Source of the DNA: Candidatus Hydrogenedentota bacterium
Lineage (GTDB): Bacteria > Hydrogenedentota > Hydrogenedentia > Hydrogenedentales > SLHB01
DNA: 64,000 nt
Direction: 5' to 3'
Assembly (NCBI GenBank): GCA_963668025.2
Contig: CAXXTH010000023.1
Location: 64,001-128,000 of the forward strand
Positions 52,644 to 62,178 of this stretch are shown piece by piece. Positions within the stretch are counted from its first letter, which is position 1. Each line of letters starts with the position of its first letter. The position numbers were made by a program, and so were the translations under genes. The notes beneath the pieces were generated by a model. That model did no database searches, had not been told where the DNA came from, and saw nothing but the letters and a program-made list of their open reading frames with translations.

Positions 52644-53486
52644 TCAAGGCTCTTCTTGGCGGGATAGCCGGTAACAAGTGGCGTTGCTCGCCAGTATAGG
52701 CTCGAAAGCCTTGTCAAGATTCCTTGTGCTTTCCGCGGCGCCTAAAAAGAGATAGCCATCGGGCGCAAGGGTCTCGCGGAGCCGCCCCAGCACCGTGCGC
52801 TTCGTATCCATGTCATAGTAGGTGAGTAGATTCCGCATGAAAACAAGGCCGGCGTTTTTTAGGTCCGGCCAATCTCGAGCGGGATTCATTTGCTGGAAGG
52901 TTATCCGTTCCCGTATTTCCTTCTTGATACGCCACAAGGATTGCTCGCGGTCGAAATACCGCGCCAGAAATGGCTCAGGCACGCCGTGGGCGGCTTCTTC
53001 GCTGGTATACCACCCGGCTTCCGCCCGTTGGACAATTTCCCTTGAGATGCCGGTCGCTAAAAAGGAGATATCCCAGTTGGCCAATTCCGGAAAATACTCG
53101 TATAAGACCATGGCGATGCTGTACGTTTCTTGGCCGGCCGAGTTGGATGCGCACCAAATCGAAAGGCGCTGTTCGGTGCGCCGTGTTTCTATCAGGCTTG
53201 GGAAAATATATTTTCGCAACGCTTCGAATGGATGCCAATCGCGGAAAAATGGGGTTTCTTGGGAAGCCAGCGCTTCCACGACGTTTTGCAGCAATTCTCC
53301 GCGCTGTTCTTGTTGCAATCGTTCGGGGAGCTCCGATGGCGACGATAGCCCATAACGGCACGCCACCCGTTCGAGGCGGGAAGACATGGCGGCTAATTTG
53401 TCAATCGTGATAAGCACGCCAGACTGGATGCGAATCAAATCCCGAATGGCGCTCAGTATTGCCGGTTCCACCACACTGACCCCCAC
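52644..53486 (-). CDS. cheR: CheR-type protein-glutamate O-methyltransferase (degenerate motifs)
   Basis: QETPFFRD, GQETYSIAM, MRNLLTYYD, GYLFLGAAES. Confidence 0.8.
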   Translation of the reverse strand: MGVSVVEPAILSAIRDLIRIQSGVLITIDKLAAMSSRLERVACRYGLSSPSELPERLQQEQRGELLQNVVEALASQETPFFRDWHPFEALRKYIFPSLIETRRTEQRLSIWCASNSAGQETYSIAMVLYEYFPELANWDISFLATGISREIVQRAEAGWYTSEEAAHGVPEPFLARYFDREQSLWRIKKEIRERITFQQMNPARDWPDLKNAGLVFMRNLLTYYDMDTKRTVLGRLRETLAPDGYLFLGAAESTRNLDKAFEPILASNATCYRLSRQEEP

Positions 53487-53694
53487 ATCCGAAAACGCGC
53501 CGCTATTTCAAGCACAGTATAGCATATGCGGCCCACCCTCGCGATGGCCCTCGAGCGTTCCTGGCGGTTATCATGAATCAGCATTTTCCAATGATGGCTA
53601 TTGTGCCAGATAATGTACTGTGATAGAATCAAACAAGGAAGTTATGGGAGAGATGGGTACTGGGAACATAACGCGACAATAAGGAGATCGAGAA

Positions 53695-54117
53695 ATGGCT
53701 AATAAAGTTGAATACTACGCCAACACCATAGGGCCAGTTTCCGTGTATGTCCAGATCGAAAATCAAATTCAATTCGCCATTGCATCTGGAAAACTCAAGC
53801 CGGGCGATTGCCTCCCCTCCGTACGGGAAATGTCCGCCATGCTGGATGTGAATCCCAACACCGTCACCAAGGCATACCGCGATCTGGAATTGCTTCAGTT
53901 CGTGAATGCGCGCCGTGGGGTGGGCGTGATCGTAACGGAAAAAGCGCCAAAGATCGCCCATGAGCAGACGCTAAAAATGGTTCGCGAGCATCTGGCTGGC
54001 GCCGTGGCGGAATGTGTCGCCTCGGGGCTTACAGCGCAGGAAGTGCGGGCGGACGTATCCAAAGCCATAGAATCCGGCGCGCGCCCTTACCAATTGGCGA
54101 AAAACAACAAGAAATAA
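53695..54117 (+). CDS. GntR (YtrA-like) transcriptional regulator
   Basis: LPSVREMS..LDVNPNTVTKAYRDL winged HTH. Confidence 0.92.
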   Translation: MANKVEYYANTIGPVSVYVQIENQIQFAIASGKLKPGDCLPSVREMSAMLDVNPNTVTKAYRDLELLQFVNARRGVGVIVTEKAPKIAHEQTLKMVREHLAGAVAECVASGLTAQEVRADVSKAIESGARPYQLAKNNKK

Positions 54118-54172
54118 GGCGTGCTGTTTCCGTTCCGAGGCAATAGGGGTGTTGCCGTCGGCGTACGGAAGC

Positions 54173-54853
54173 CTATGCTTTCCATCCATCGTACCCGATG
54201 AGGGGAACGAAGGTGCAAGCAAAGCCTTGCTCTTCCAAAAAATGGCCAGGCGTCCGCGTGATGATGATGAGTTTTTGCATGCGTTCCGAGCCTACGGGGC
54301 ATACGAGGCGTGCGCCAGGAGCAAGCTGTTCTTTCAAGGCCAGGGGCACATGCGGCGCTCCTGCGGTTACGACGATGGCGTCGTATAGCGCCTCGTCCGG
54401 AGCGCCGAGCGTGCCGTCCCCCGTGAGCACCGTGACATTGTGGTAACCAAGCGACGACAAGCGCCCGGCGGCTTCCTTCGCTAGCGCATCGATACGCTCC
54501 ATAGTGACGACATGCCGGGCCAGAAGCGATAGGATGGCGCTTTGATATCCCGAGCCGGTTCCAATCTCGAGCACCAGGCTATCCGGCTCGACGCGTAGCA
54601 GTTCTGTCATGGCGGCCACCATGTAGGGCTGCGAGATGGTCTGGCCTGAGCCGATGCGCAAGGGGCGGTCTTCATAGGCTGCTGCGCGAAGCGGCGCGGG
54701 CACGAAAGCATGGCGCGGCACCCGCCGCATCACATCCAGCACCCGGGGATCGGAAACGCCTCGCGCGATGAGCTGGTTCAAGATCATGCGCTCGCGTTCT
54801 GCGTGGAAAGCCCCGTCATCTGGGCAAGGCGAATATCCGTTTGGAGCAGGCAT
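54173..54853 (-). CDS. pcm: Protein-L-isoaspartate O-methyltransferase
   Basis: VPRHAF, GQTISQPY, LEIGTGSGY, FVPL. Confidence 0.95.
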   Translation of the reverse strand: MPAPNGYSPCPDDGAFHAERERMILNQLIARGVSDPRVLDVMRRVPRHAFVPAPLRAAAYEDRPLRIGSGQTISQPYMVAAMTELLRVEPDSLVLEIGTGSGYQSAILSLLARHVVTMERIDALAKEAAGRLSSLGYHNVTVLTGDGTLGAPDEALYDAIVVTAGAPHVPLALKEQLAPGARLVCPVGSERMQKLIIITRTPGHFLEEQGFACTFVPLIGYDGWKA

Positions 54854-54858
54854 GCGCG

Positions 54859-55146
54859 CTACCGAACGGGCGGCATTGCGCCCACGAAAATTTCACGCAT
54901 CAGCCATACCAGCAGCAGCGCCGCCAACGGACCGAAATCCATGGGGCCCATGGAAGGCAGCAGGCGGCGCAAGCGCTGGATGAGCGGATCAACGGCTGCC
55001 GTGATGAACCGCAGCCGGCCATGCTGGATATTCACATCCAGATAAGGCCCCACCCACCGAATCAAGATGCAAAGCATGTATAAGGTCATCGCATCCCATA
55101 ATACGGTGCGCACGATTTGCGTGCTTAAATAACTCATCCGAACCAA
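54859..55146 (-). CDS. yggT: YggT family membrane protein
   Basis: DPLIQRLRRLLP..GPMDFGPL. Confidence 0.8.
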   Translation of the reverse strand: MVRMSYLSTQIVRTVLWDAMTLYMLCILIRWVGPYLDVNIQHGRLRFITAAVDPLIQRLRRLLPSMGPMDFGPLAALLLVWLMREIFVGAMPPVR

Positions 55147-55167
55147 ACCCCGCTATTCTTTGTGCTA

Positions 55168-55734
55168 TCAGGAAAAGAGAAACTCCCGCAGGCGGCGGTG
55201 AATAGGCCCCTGCGGCGTTAATTCACTCGAGAATAATGACACACCCGCCACCGGGAATGCACCCCCCTCGAAATCGCGCTCGCGCGATAGATAGGGCATA
55301 AGCCGTTTCCCGTATTCCGCTTCTTTGATCCGCGCAAGAGTCAGATGGGGAGTGAACGGGCGGCGCTCCCGGGGAAGCCCCAGGGCGCATGCTTCTTCTT
55401 CCGCAATCGCCTGCACGGCATCGAGCGCATTGCCGCTTCCCGTGATTCCCGCCCAGATAACGCTAGGCCGATGAATATTCGGAAACGCGCCCGTGCCGCA
55501 TACCTGCAATTCGAAATGCTTCATTCCCTGATATCGCAGCGCCAGTAGTTCCTCTAGGCGGAGCGCGTCCGCAGGGGTGATTTCGCCCAGAAAGCGCAAG
55601 GTCAAATGCATATGCTCGGGCCGCACCCAAGAGACGCGCGCCTCGGCTTCGCGCAGCCGCCCAATGAGTTCATGCAAAGCGGCCTTGATCGTATCTGGCA
55701 GCTCGATAGCAATGAATGCCCTCATGTCCGCCAC
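55168..55734 (-). CDS. thpR: RNA 2',3'-cyclic phosphodiesterase (2H phosphoesterase)
   Basis: RAFIAI, two HLTL motifs. Confidence 0.92.
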   Translation of the reverse strand: MADMRAFIAIELPDTIKAALHELIGRLREAEARVSWVRPEHMHLTLRFLGEITPADALRLEELLALRYQGMKHFELQVCGTGAFPNIHRPSVIWAGITGSGNALDAVQAIAEEEACALGLPRERRPFTPHLTLARIKEAEYGKRLMPYLSRERDFEGGAFPVAGVSLFSSELTPQGPIHRRLREFLFS

Positions 55735-56399
55735 TCCGCTCTAAGCTTCCGCCAGGCTTCATCATCCGCACAAACATCGGGTATGCCGATGTCCGCGATC
55801 TCGAGCTGGCCCAGGTAATCGAGGGCGTCCGGCTTATCGAAGCCTCGCTTCTTGAATTGGAACGTGATGGTGCGCCATGCGCGCACGCAGCAACCGCAAG
55901 GCCGCCCCGTATCGGCGTCCAGGCCGGAAGGCACATCCACGGCGATGGTGGGCAAATCCGGCCAGGCGTTTATCGCGGCCCGGGCGACGCCGCGCACCTC
56001 GCCTTGGATTCCGGTGCCGAGAAGGGCGTCCACCAGCACGGCGCACCCCGCCAGGCCTCGCACGGCCCGCGCGGCTTCCGCTTCGGTGGATGCGCAGGTG
56101 AGTTTGCCGCCCAGCCGCCGGTAGGCATTCAGGAATATGGCGGCATCGCCTCGCACTTCTTCGGGTGTTGCAGTTAACACCGCGTGCGTTTCAAGGCCTG
56201 CGAGAAGCGCCAGCCGCGCCACGACATACCCGTCGCCGCCATTATTGCCCTTGCCGCATACCACGCCCACGGGGCCTTGGGTGATCGCGCGAAACACAGC
56301 GGCTCCCGCATTATGCATCAACACCGCGCCGGGAATGCCGAGTTCCTCAATGCACCGCCGGTCCGCCTCGCGCATTTGCACTACGCTGAGTGATTGCAT
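55722..56399 (-). CDS. nnrE: NAD(P)H-hydrate epimerase (stand-alone YjeF-N)
   Basis: CGKGNNGGDG, VDALLGTG, AVDVPSG. Confidence 0.92.
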   Translation of the reverse strand: MQSLSVVQMREADRRCIEELGIPGAVLMHNAGAAVFRAITQGPVGVVCGKGNNGGDGYVVARLALLAGLETHAVLTATPEEVRGDAAIFLNAYRRLGGKLTCASTEAEAARAVRGLAGCAVLVDALLGTGIQGEVRGVARAAINAWPDLPTIAVDVPSGLDADTGRPCGCCVRAWRTITFQFKKRGFDKPDALDYLGQLEIADIGIPDVCADDEAWRKLRAEWRT

Positions 56400-56554
56400 G
56401 GCGCGCTCCTTAAGTTTGGCGCATTTGTCGAGTTTCTCCAATGTCACCTTCTATTCTATACGAACGCATCCTGTGGGTGTATAATTGAAGCGAAAATTTC
56501 TCCATCAAGAAATGAGGCTGCCTGCGCTATTGCTTGCGACGGAAAGGAGCGGAG

Positions 56555-57499
56555 ATGTCAATGAGGCACGCCCGCCGACAATTGAAATTCGCAGTTGTGG
56601 TAGCGTTTGTACTTCTTGGCGTTATTGCCGTATGGCAGTTAACGGCAAGACATGAGCCGCAGCCTGCTGTTCTGTCGCCAGGAATACCCAATAGTATGGC
56701 CAATGTGGCGCAGGCAGCCGTAGAGAGTCCCTCTGTTTCATCGGACAGGATATCAGAGTCTGGTTCGGACGAAGTGCAAGGATATGGCGAGTCCGTCGAC
56801 CGTGCAGTGAAAAACGCGAGCGATCGTATACTGCATCTTTTCAAGACGAACTACACACGCAAGGAAGCCGCTAAGAAACTAACGAGTGGATTCCAGCGGA
56901 ACCTTCTGACTCTTAACAAAACGCAGTTGTTGGCCAAGGCCGAGCAGTGCGAACGGAATGCAGTGCGATGGCGAGACTCCGAAGCCGGAGGTCTCCAGAG
57001 CCGAACGGCCGCTGCTTACTATCGGAACGCGGCTGAATTGACGCCTTTCGAGTACTATCCAGAAGAGTACGTAAAATTGCTTCAGCGAGTGCTCGACAAC
57101 ATTGAGGACGCTGCTTTTGCAGAGCACCAGAACGATCCGGAAGTGGGCGCCTTCACCGCTGGTGCGGAACTCCTTTATTGTCTGAGAAGTGGGCATAGTG
57201 AGGGATTGACATTCCAAGGATCGGCAATTGACTATAACCGAGCGCTAGAATGGTTTGATAAGAGCGAAGCTTTATTGAATCAGAAAGAAGCGCTTCCTGA
57301 AGAGGAAATGTGGTTCCCGCCAAGTCTTCTGATGTCTCGAGGCGAATCTCTTTGGGCTCTCGGACGAGTTGGTGACGCTCTAGAATCATTCGACCAGCTA
57401 AAAGAGGATTATCCAAATTCGGATGCGTTCACCTTTCATCTAAGGAATTTCCTTGATCAGCCATCGAATCGTTATTACATGAGCCGATATTTCGAGTAA
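56555..57499 (+). CDS. Hypothetical membrane-anchored helical (TPR-like) protein
   Basis: N-terminal TM helix; C-terminal GESLWALG...ALESFDQLKEDYPNS TPR-like segment; opposite strand to its neighbours. Confidence 0.6.
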   Translation: MSMRHARRQLKFAVVVAFVLLGVIAVWQLTARHEPQPAVLSPGIPNSMANVAQAAVESPSVSSDRISESGSDEVQGYGESVDRAVKNASDRILHLFKTNYTRKEAAKKLTSGFQRNLLTLNKTQLLAKAEQCERNAVRWRDSEAGGLQSRTAAAYYRNAAELTPFEYYPEEYVKLLQRVLDNIEDAAFAEHQNDPEVGAFTAGAELLYCLRSGHSEGLTFQGSAIDYNRALEWFDKSEALLNQKEALPEEEMWFPPSLLMSRGESLWALGRVGDALESFDQLKEDYPNSDAFTFHLRNFLDQPSNRYYMSRYFE

Positions 57500-57746
57500 T
57501 ACATATTCCGGCACGAATAGGCCATCGGATACGGTCGTTCACGCTCATCGAATGCGGAGGCGGGCGGTCGCGTGATTCGATGACGCGGTCCGGTGGTCCA
57601 TAGGAGATAGTAGAACGCGGGCGCCGCTAGTGCGAGGATACGAGACGTGAGAAAGGCAGACGATGGGTCCCATTTCTCCCCGGGACAAGACGACTGAACG
57701 CCAGCCATGATTACACTCGTCTGGAGTGTCTACTGAAGTCTGGTTC

Positions 57747-59762
57747 TCAATTGGCTGCCGAAGCCAGCCTTTTAGGGGTAATCGCACTGACGCCGGAAAC
57801 CCCCGTCACCGTGCTGAGGGTCCGCTTCACACGCTCGACGCTGTCCCGGTCCGTCGCTTCGAATGTAAAATCGAAGCAGCTCTTGCCGTTTTCTTCTTGG
57901 GCGAATTGGGCTTGAATGATGCATAAGTTCATGGGCCGCATGGCGTTGGTGATATCGGCCAGCATATTGGGCCGTTGCGTGACGCAGACCCGCAACGCCG
58001 CCACCAAGTGCCCTTCACCGGCCCAAGAGGCTTGGATCATCCGATTGGGGTCGCGCTTCGATACAGAAAAGTTCTTGCAGTCCGCTTGATGGATGGTAAT
58101 GCCAGTTCCCCTGGTGGCATATCCAATGACTGGCTGGCCGGGCATGGGATTGCAGCATTTCGCGAACGATACGGCGACGCCTCCACCTCCGTCGATGAGA
58201 ATCATCTTCTCGCGCGTTTCATCGTCCACATCATGGCGGACCTTTTGGCGCGGTTCCGCCACGGCGACGGCATCCGCGGCGTGTCGGCGGATTTGGCCAT
58301 CCAAGGGCTCGAGTGCGCCCAATTCGCGCAAGCGTTGCCGGATGCGCGTGCGCGCCTTTCCGCTCACCACGATGTCCAGCCAATCGAGATGGGGCGTTTG
58401 ATTCTTCGAGGTCAAGATCTCGACCACATCGCCGGTCTGCAAATTGTAGCGTAGCGGCACCATGCGGCTATTGACGCGCGCACCGATGCAATGATGGCCT
58501 ATATCCGAGTGGATGAGGTAAGCGAAATCGAGGGGCGTCGCGCCGCTGGGCAATTCTTTCACCTCGCCCTTGGGCGTGAACACATAGACATCCGACTCCT
58601 CGACATCGCGCCGCACGTTGTCCACGAACTCGTCCGGCGTATGGGCGTCTTGCAGCCACTCATACATTTGCCGGAGCCATTTAAGCTGGCGTTCGAGTTT
58701 CGGGTCTTGTTTGTGGCCTTCTTTATAGACCCAGTGGGCCGAAATGCCCTCGCGGGCGGTGCGGTCCATTTCTTCGGTGCGAATCTGCACTTCGAGGGGC
58801 AGCCCGTTATCGCGCATGACCGTCGTGTGGATGGATTGGTACATATTAATTTTCGGCATGGCGATATAGTCTTTGAAACGGCCTGGCACGGGGGGCCAGA
58901 GCCGGTGGACCACGCCCAAGGCGTTGTAGCAGCCGCTCACGGTCTGCGTGATGATCCGCACCGCGAGGACATCCATCACTTGATCAAAGTCTTTGCCCTG
59001 CTGGATCATCTTCTGGTAGATGCTATACAGGTGTTTCGGGCGGCCTATGACGCGCGCATCCACCTCCGCCTCGGACAAGCGTTCTTCGAGAAACCGGCAG
59101 GTGTCAGCAAGCCAGATCTCGCGCTCGCGCCGCTTCATGGCCACGCGTGCTGCGATGTTCTTATATTCCCCCGGATGGAGCTGGTGAAACGCATGGTCCT
59201 CGAGTTCCCATTTCCACCGGGCAATACCGAGGCGGTGGGCCAGCGGGGCATAGATATCGAGCGTCTCGCGGGAAATGCGCTTGCGCTTGTCTTCCGGCAA
59301 CACGTCGATGGTGCGCATGTTATGCAACCGGTCCGCGAGCTTAATCAGAATCACCCGCACATCCTGCGCCGTGGCCACGAGCATTTTTCGCAGATTCACC
59401 GCCTGTTTGGCTTCCTGGCTCGTAATCTCTTTCGGGAAACTCAAGGCGCTGATCTTCGTCATCGAGTCCACCAGCCGGGCGATCTCCTCGCCAAACTCCT
59501 GCACCAATTGCTCGCGCTTCCAGGAAGTGTCTTCGATGGTGTCATGCAGCAGGCCCGCTGCGATGGTGGTGGTATCGAGCCGCAACTGCGCCAAGATTTG
59601 GGCCACTTCGATGCAGTGCATGATATATGGCTCGCCGGAAATGCGGGTTTGCCCCGCATGGGCCTCGTTGGCCACCCGGTACGCCTTGCGGATCAACTCG
59701 ATATCGCCCTTGGGCGTGGTCTTGCGAAACTGCTTTAGAAGCTTGGCGAATGCTTGTCTCAT
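57747..59762 (-). CDS. rel: Bifunctional (p)ppGpp synthetase/hydrolase (long RSH)
   Basis: LHDTIED hydrolase motif, RFKDY, YQSIHT, EVQIRT, TGS domain, AKCC, ACT-like C-terminus. Confidence 0.96.
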   Translation of the reverse strand: MRQAFAKLLKQFRKTTPKGDIELIRKAYRVANEAHAGQTRISGEPYIMHCIEVAQILAQLRLDTTTIAAGLLHDTIEDTSWKREQLVQEFGEEIARLVDSMTKISALSFPKEITSQEAKQAVNLRKMLVATAQDVRVILIKLADRLHNMRTIDVLPEDKRKRISRETLDIYAPLAHRLGIARWKWELEDHAFHQLHPGEYKNIAARVAMKRREREIWLADTCRFLEERLSEAEVDARVIGRPKHLYSIYQKMIQQGKDFDQVMDVLAVRIITQTVSGCYNALGVVHRLWPPVPGRFKDYIAMPKINMYQSIHTTVMRDNGLPLEVQIRTEEMDRTAREGISAHWVYKEGHKQDPKLERQLKWLRQMYEWLQDAHTPDEFVDNVRRDVEESDVYVFTPKGEVKELPSGATPLDFAYLIHSDIGHHCIGARVNSRMVPLRYNLQTGDVVEILTSKNQTPHLDWLDIVVSGKARTRIRQRLRELGALEPLDGQIRRHAADAVAVAEPRQKVRHDVDDETREKMILIDGGGGVAVSFAKCCNPMPGQPVIGYATRGTGITIHQADCKNFSVSKRDPNRMIQASWAGEGHLVAALRVCVTQRPNMLADITNAMRPMNLCIIQAQFAQEENGKSCFDFTFEATDRDSVERVKRTLSTVTGVSGVSAITPKRLASAAN

Positions 59763-59851
59763 GATACCTCGAATTCATGCTAACTGGACGGACGCTTGCT
59801 CGCTCCGCCTCATTGTAACACGTTATATGAAGCGTATCATGCCTGCAAACG

Positions 59852-59905
59852 CCCGTAGCATGGCCGTCCCGGCCATGCGCATGGGCGGGACGCCCATGCT
59901 ACGGG
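59852..59905. repeat. GTAG-type REP doublet
   Basis: CCCGTAGCATGGCCGTCCCGGCCATG-CG-CATGGGCGGGACGCCCATGCTACGGG. Confidence 0.75.
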
Positions 59906-59943
59906 AATTGTGTGGCATAGGCTTTTTCTCTTCTCCGCGATTC

Positions 59944-60031
59944 GTAATGCTTTAGCCGAGTGGTGAAGAATGACCGGCGAGGGCGCCGGTCGCTATATAG
60001 AATATCGATACCGGTGCAAGGCAATAAACAA
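59944..60031 (+). repeat. Truncated palindromic element, copy C
   Basis: GTAATGCTTTAGCCGAGTGGTGAAGAATGACCGGCGAGGGCGCCGGTCG...ACCGGTGCAAGGCAATAAACAA, matching copies A and B; right end absent. Confidence 0.75.
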
Positions 60032-60058
60032 AACTCGATAGACACAATCCTTCAAGAA

Positions 60059-60340
60059 CTATCTTCCCATTGCGGGAAGAAATCCAATGACTACCGCGAG
60101 CGCCAGCAATATCAATTGGACCACCACACCGGTCCGTGTGCTCCACCAAGAATCAACGCGGCCTTGCCCTTCGCCTGTGCGCTCCTTGTATTTTTTGGCC
60201 CAACAAGCAATGAAGATTAAGGCTATGAGATAGAACCCCGAAAGCGCAATCCCATGGGAACCTTGAACCGCCCAAGGCGCGGCAACTGCCCCCAAAAGAA
60301 GGATTGTAGCTGCGGCAATGAAAACCCAGCTCTTAAACAT
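60059..60340 (-). CDS. Small hypothetical membrane protein
   Basis: 93 aa, three hydrophobic segments, GGAG RBS just after the glyA stop. Confidence 0.6.
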   Translation of the reverse strand: MFKSWVFIAAATILLLGAVAAPWAVQGSHGIALSGFYLIALIFIACWAKKYKERTGEGQGRVDSWWSTRTGVVVQLILLALAVVIGFLPAMGR

Positions 60341-60353
60341 GCTTTACTCCCAT

Positions 60354-61883
60354 TTATTGGACGGAAGTAAAATAGGTGCGCAGAAATTCGAGGTCGAGTT
60401 CCGGGTATACCGGGAAACGTCCTAGAAGCGCGCGCACGCGGGTGCGCGCTTCTTCATGCGCTTTCGGATTCACTGCGTACTTGGCTTTGCTGGTTTGGCC
60501 TGCGTTGGGGCCCGATTCGACCACTTCCGGTTTCGTGTTCGCAAGAACGAGCTTCAGTATCGCGGCGATTTCTTTCATTTCCGGTTCGCCCATGCCCAGC
60601 GTCGTGACGGCGGGCGTGCCGATGCGCAGGCCGCTCGTGTACCACGGGCCATTGGCGTCATACGGCAGCGAATTGCGGTTGAGGGTGATGCCGCACTCGC
60701 GCAAGGCGCTCTCCGCCTGGCGGCCGGTGAGGCCGAAGCCGGTCACATTGATCAGCATCAGGTGGTTGTCCGTACCGCCGGTGGCGATGGGCAGGCCTTC
60801 GTCCATGCAGGCTTGGGCCAGTATGCGGGCATTGGCCGCGATGCGATGGGCGTATTCCTTAAAGGCCGGCGTGCTGGCTTCCGTGAGCGTGATGGCTTTC
60901 GCCGCCATGACATGAGGCAGCGGCCCGCCGATGACGAGCGGGCATCCCTTGTTCACGGATTCCGCGAATTCCTCCGTGCAGAGCACAATGCCGCCGCGCG
61001 GCCCGCGCAAGGTTTTATGGGTCGTGCTGGTGACGACATGCGCATGCGCCACGGGGTTGAGGTCGCCCTCGAAGACGCCTCCCGCCACGAGGCCCGCGAA
61101 GTGGGCCATATCGACCATGAGGACCGAGCCTGCCTTGTCCGCGATCTCGCGTAGGCGGCGGAAGCTGATGGCGCGCGGATAGGCGCTATACCCCGCGAGG
61201 AGGATGAGCGGTTTGAGCTCGATAGCCATGCGTTCGAGTTCATCGTAATCGAGCAAGCCCGTCTCGCGGTTCACACCGTAATTATATGAGTCGAACATCA
61301 TCGCCGAGATGTTATGCCGGTAGCCATGGGTCAAGTGGCCGCCCGAGTAATAATCCATGCCCAACAAACGCTGGTTGCCCATCTTCGCGCGCAGGGCGTT
61401 CCAGTCCTCGCGCGCCATTTTGGACACGTCTTTCACCTCCATCCGCGCCAGTTCAGGCGTCTCGACGCGCGTCTGGAGGATGGCCCAATAGGCGATGAGA
61501 TTGGCGTCCGCGCCGCTGTGTGGCTGGACATAGGCGTGGTCGCATCCGAACAGCTTGCACGCCGTTTCGCAGGCATAGGCCTCGATGTCGTCGACATTGT
61601 GGCAGCCCGCGTAAAAACGGTGGCCCGCGTAGCCTTCCGCGTACTTATCCGTGAGCAGATTGCCCATGGCGAGCTGCGTGGCGAGTGAGCAATAATTCTC
61701 GCTCGCGATAAGTTTCAGATTCGAGCGTTGATCCGCGAGTTCGCTCACGATGGACTTGGCGACCGATGGGGCCGTTTGGGCCACGACGCTGAGATTGGAC
61801 AGATACGCCAAAAAACCGGCATCCACATGCGCCGGGTCTACGGATTTCAGATACGCTTGTATCGCCGCATTTGCTTGTGCCAC
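60354..61883 (-). CDS. glyA: Serine hydroxymethyltransferase (long form)
   Basis: [39 protein letters not shown]; GTG 61883 after AGGAG. Confidence 0.96.
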   Translation of the reverse strand: MAQANAAIQAYLKSVDPAHVDAGFLAYLSNLSVVAQTAPSVAKSIVSELADQRSNLKLIASENYCSLATQLAMGNLLTDKYAEGYAGHRFYAGCHNVDDIEAYACETACKLFGCDHAYVQPHSGADANLIAYWAILQTRVETPELARMEVKDVSKMAREDWNALRAKMGNQRLLGMDYYSGGHLTHGYRHNISAMMFDSYNYGVNRETGLLDYDELERMAIELKPLILLAGYSAYPRAISFRRLREIADKAGSVLMVDMAHFAGLVAGGVFEGDLNPVAHAHVVTSTTHKTLRGPRGGIVLCTEEFAESVNKGCPLVIGGPLPHVMAAKAITLTEASTPAFKEYAHRIAANARILAQACMDEGLPIATGGTDNHLMLINVTGFGLTGRQAESALRECGITLNRNSLPYDANGPWYTSGLRIGTPAVTTLGMGEPEMKEIAAILKLVLANTKPEVVESGPNAGQTSKAKYAVNPKAHEEARTRVRALLGRFPVYPELDLEFLRTYFTSVQ

Positions 61884-62178
61884 GGATCGACTCCTTCTGA
61901 TATACATATCCTTCCACAAGGCATGATTCCACCCTTGATGGATAGACAGCTTCGAATGAGGAATGATAATACGCTTAGTCCTTAAGGATCAATCGAGACA
62001 CATCCATTCCAGCGGTGAAGAATAGCGGCGCCCCAGGGTCAGGCGTTGAGGTGATGCGGGTTAGACGGGGGGTGGCGAGGCCGACAGGCGACAGGAGGGG
62101 CAGCGGCTGTGCGTAAAGCCGGTGAATGGATGGGCGAGACGTGTAGGGCGGCGGCGCAACCGGGAACGCGCGGGCGCC

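Noticed and set aside
58491-59738. 415-aa plus-strand ORF, and similar long antisense ORFs such as 37224-38468 and 1112-1816
   Set aside because: Antisense shadows of well-supported genes in GC-rich DNA with no recognisable motifs.
61884-62009. ZTP or glycine riboswitch upstream of glyA
   Set aside because: Only about 125 bp separate glyA from the IS end and no aptamer consensus is recognisable.
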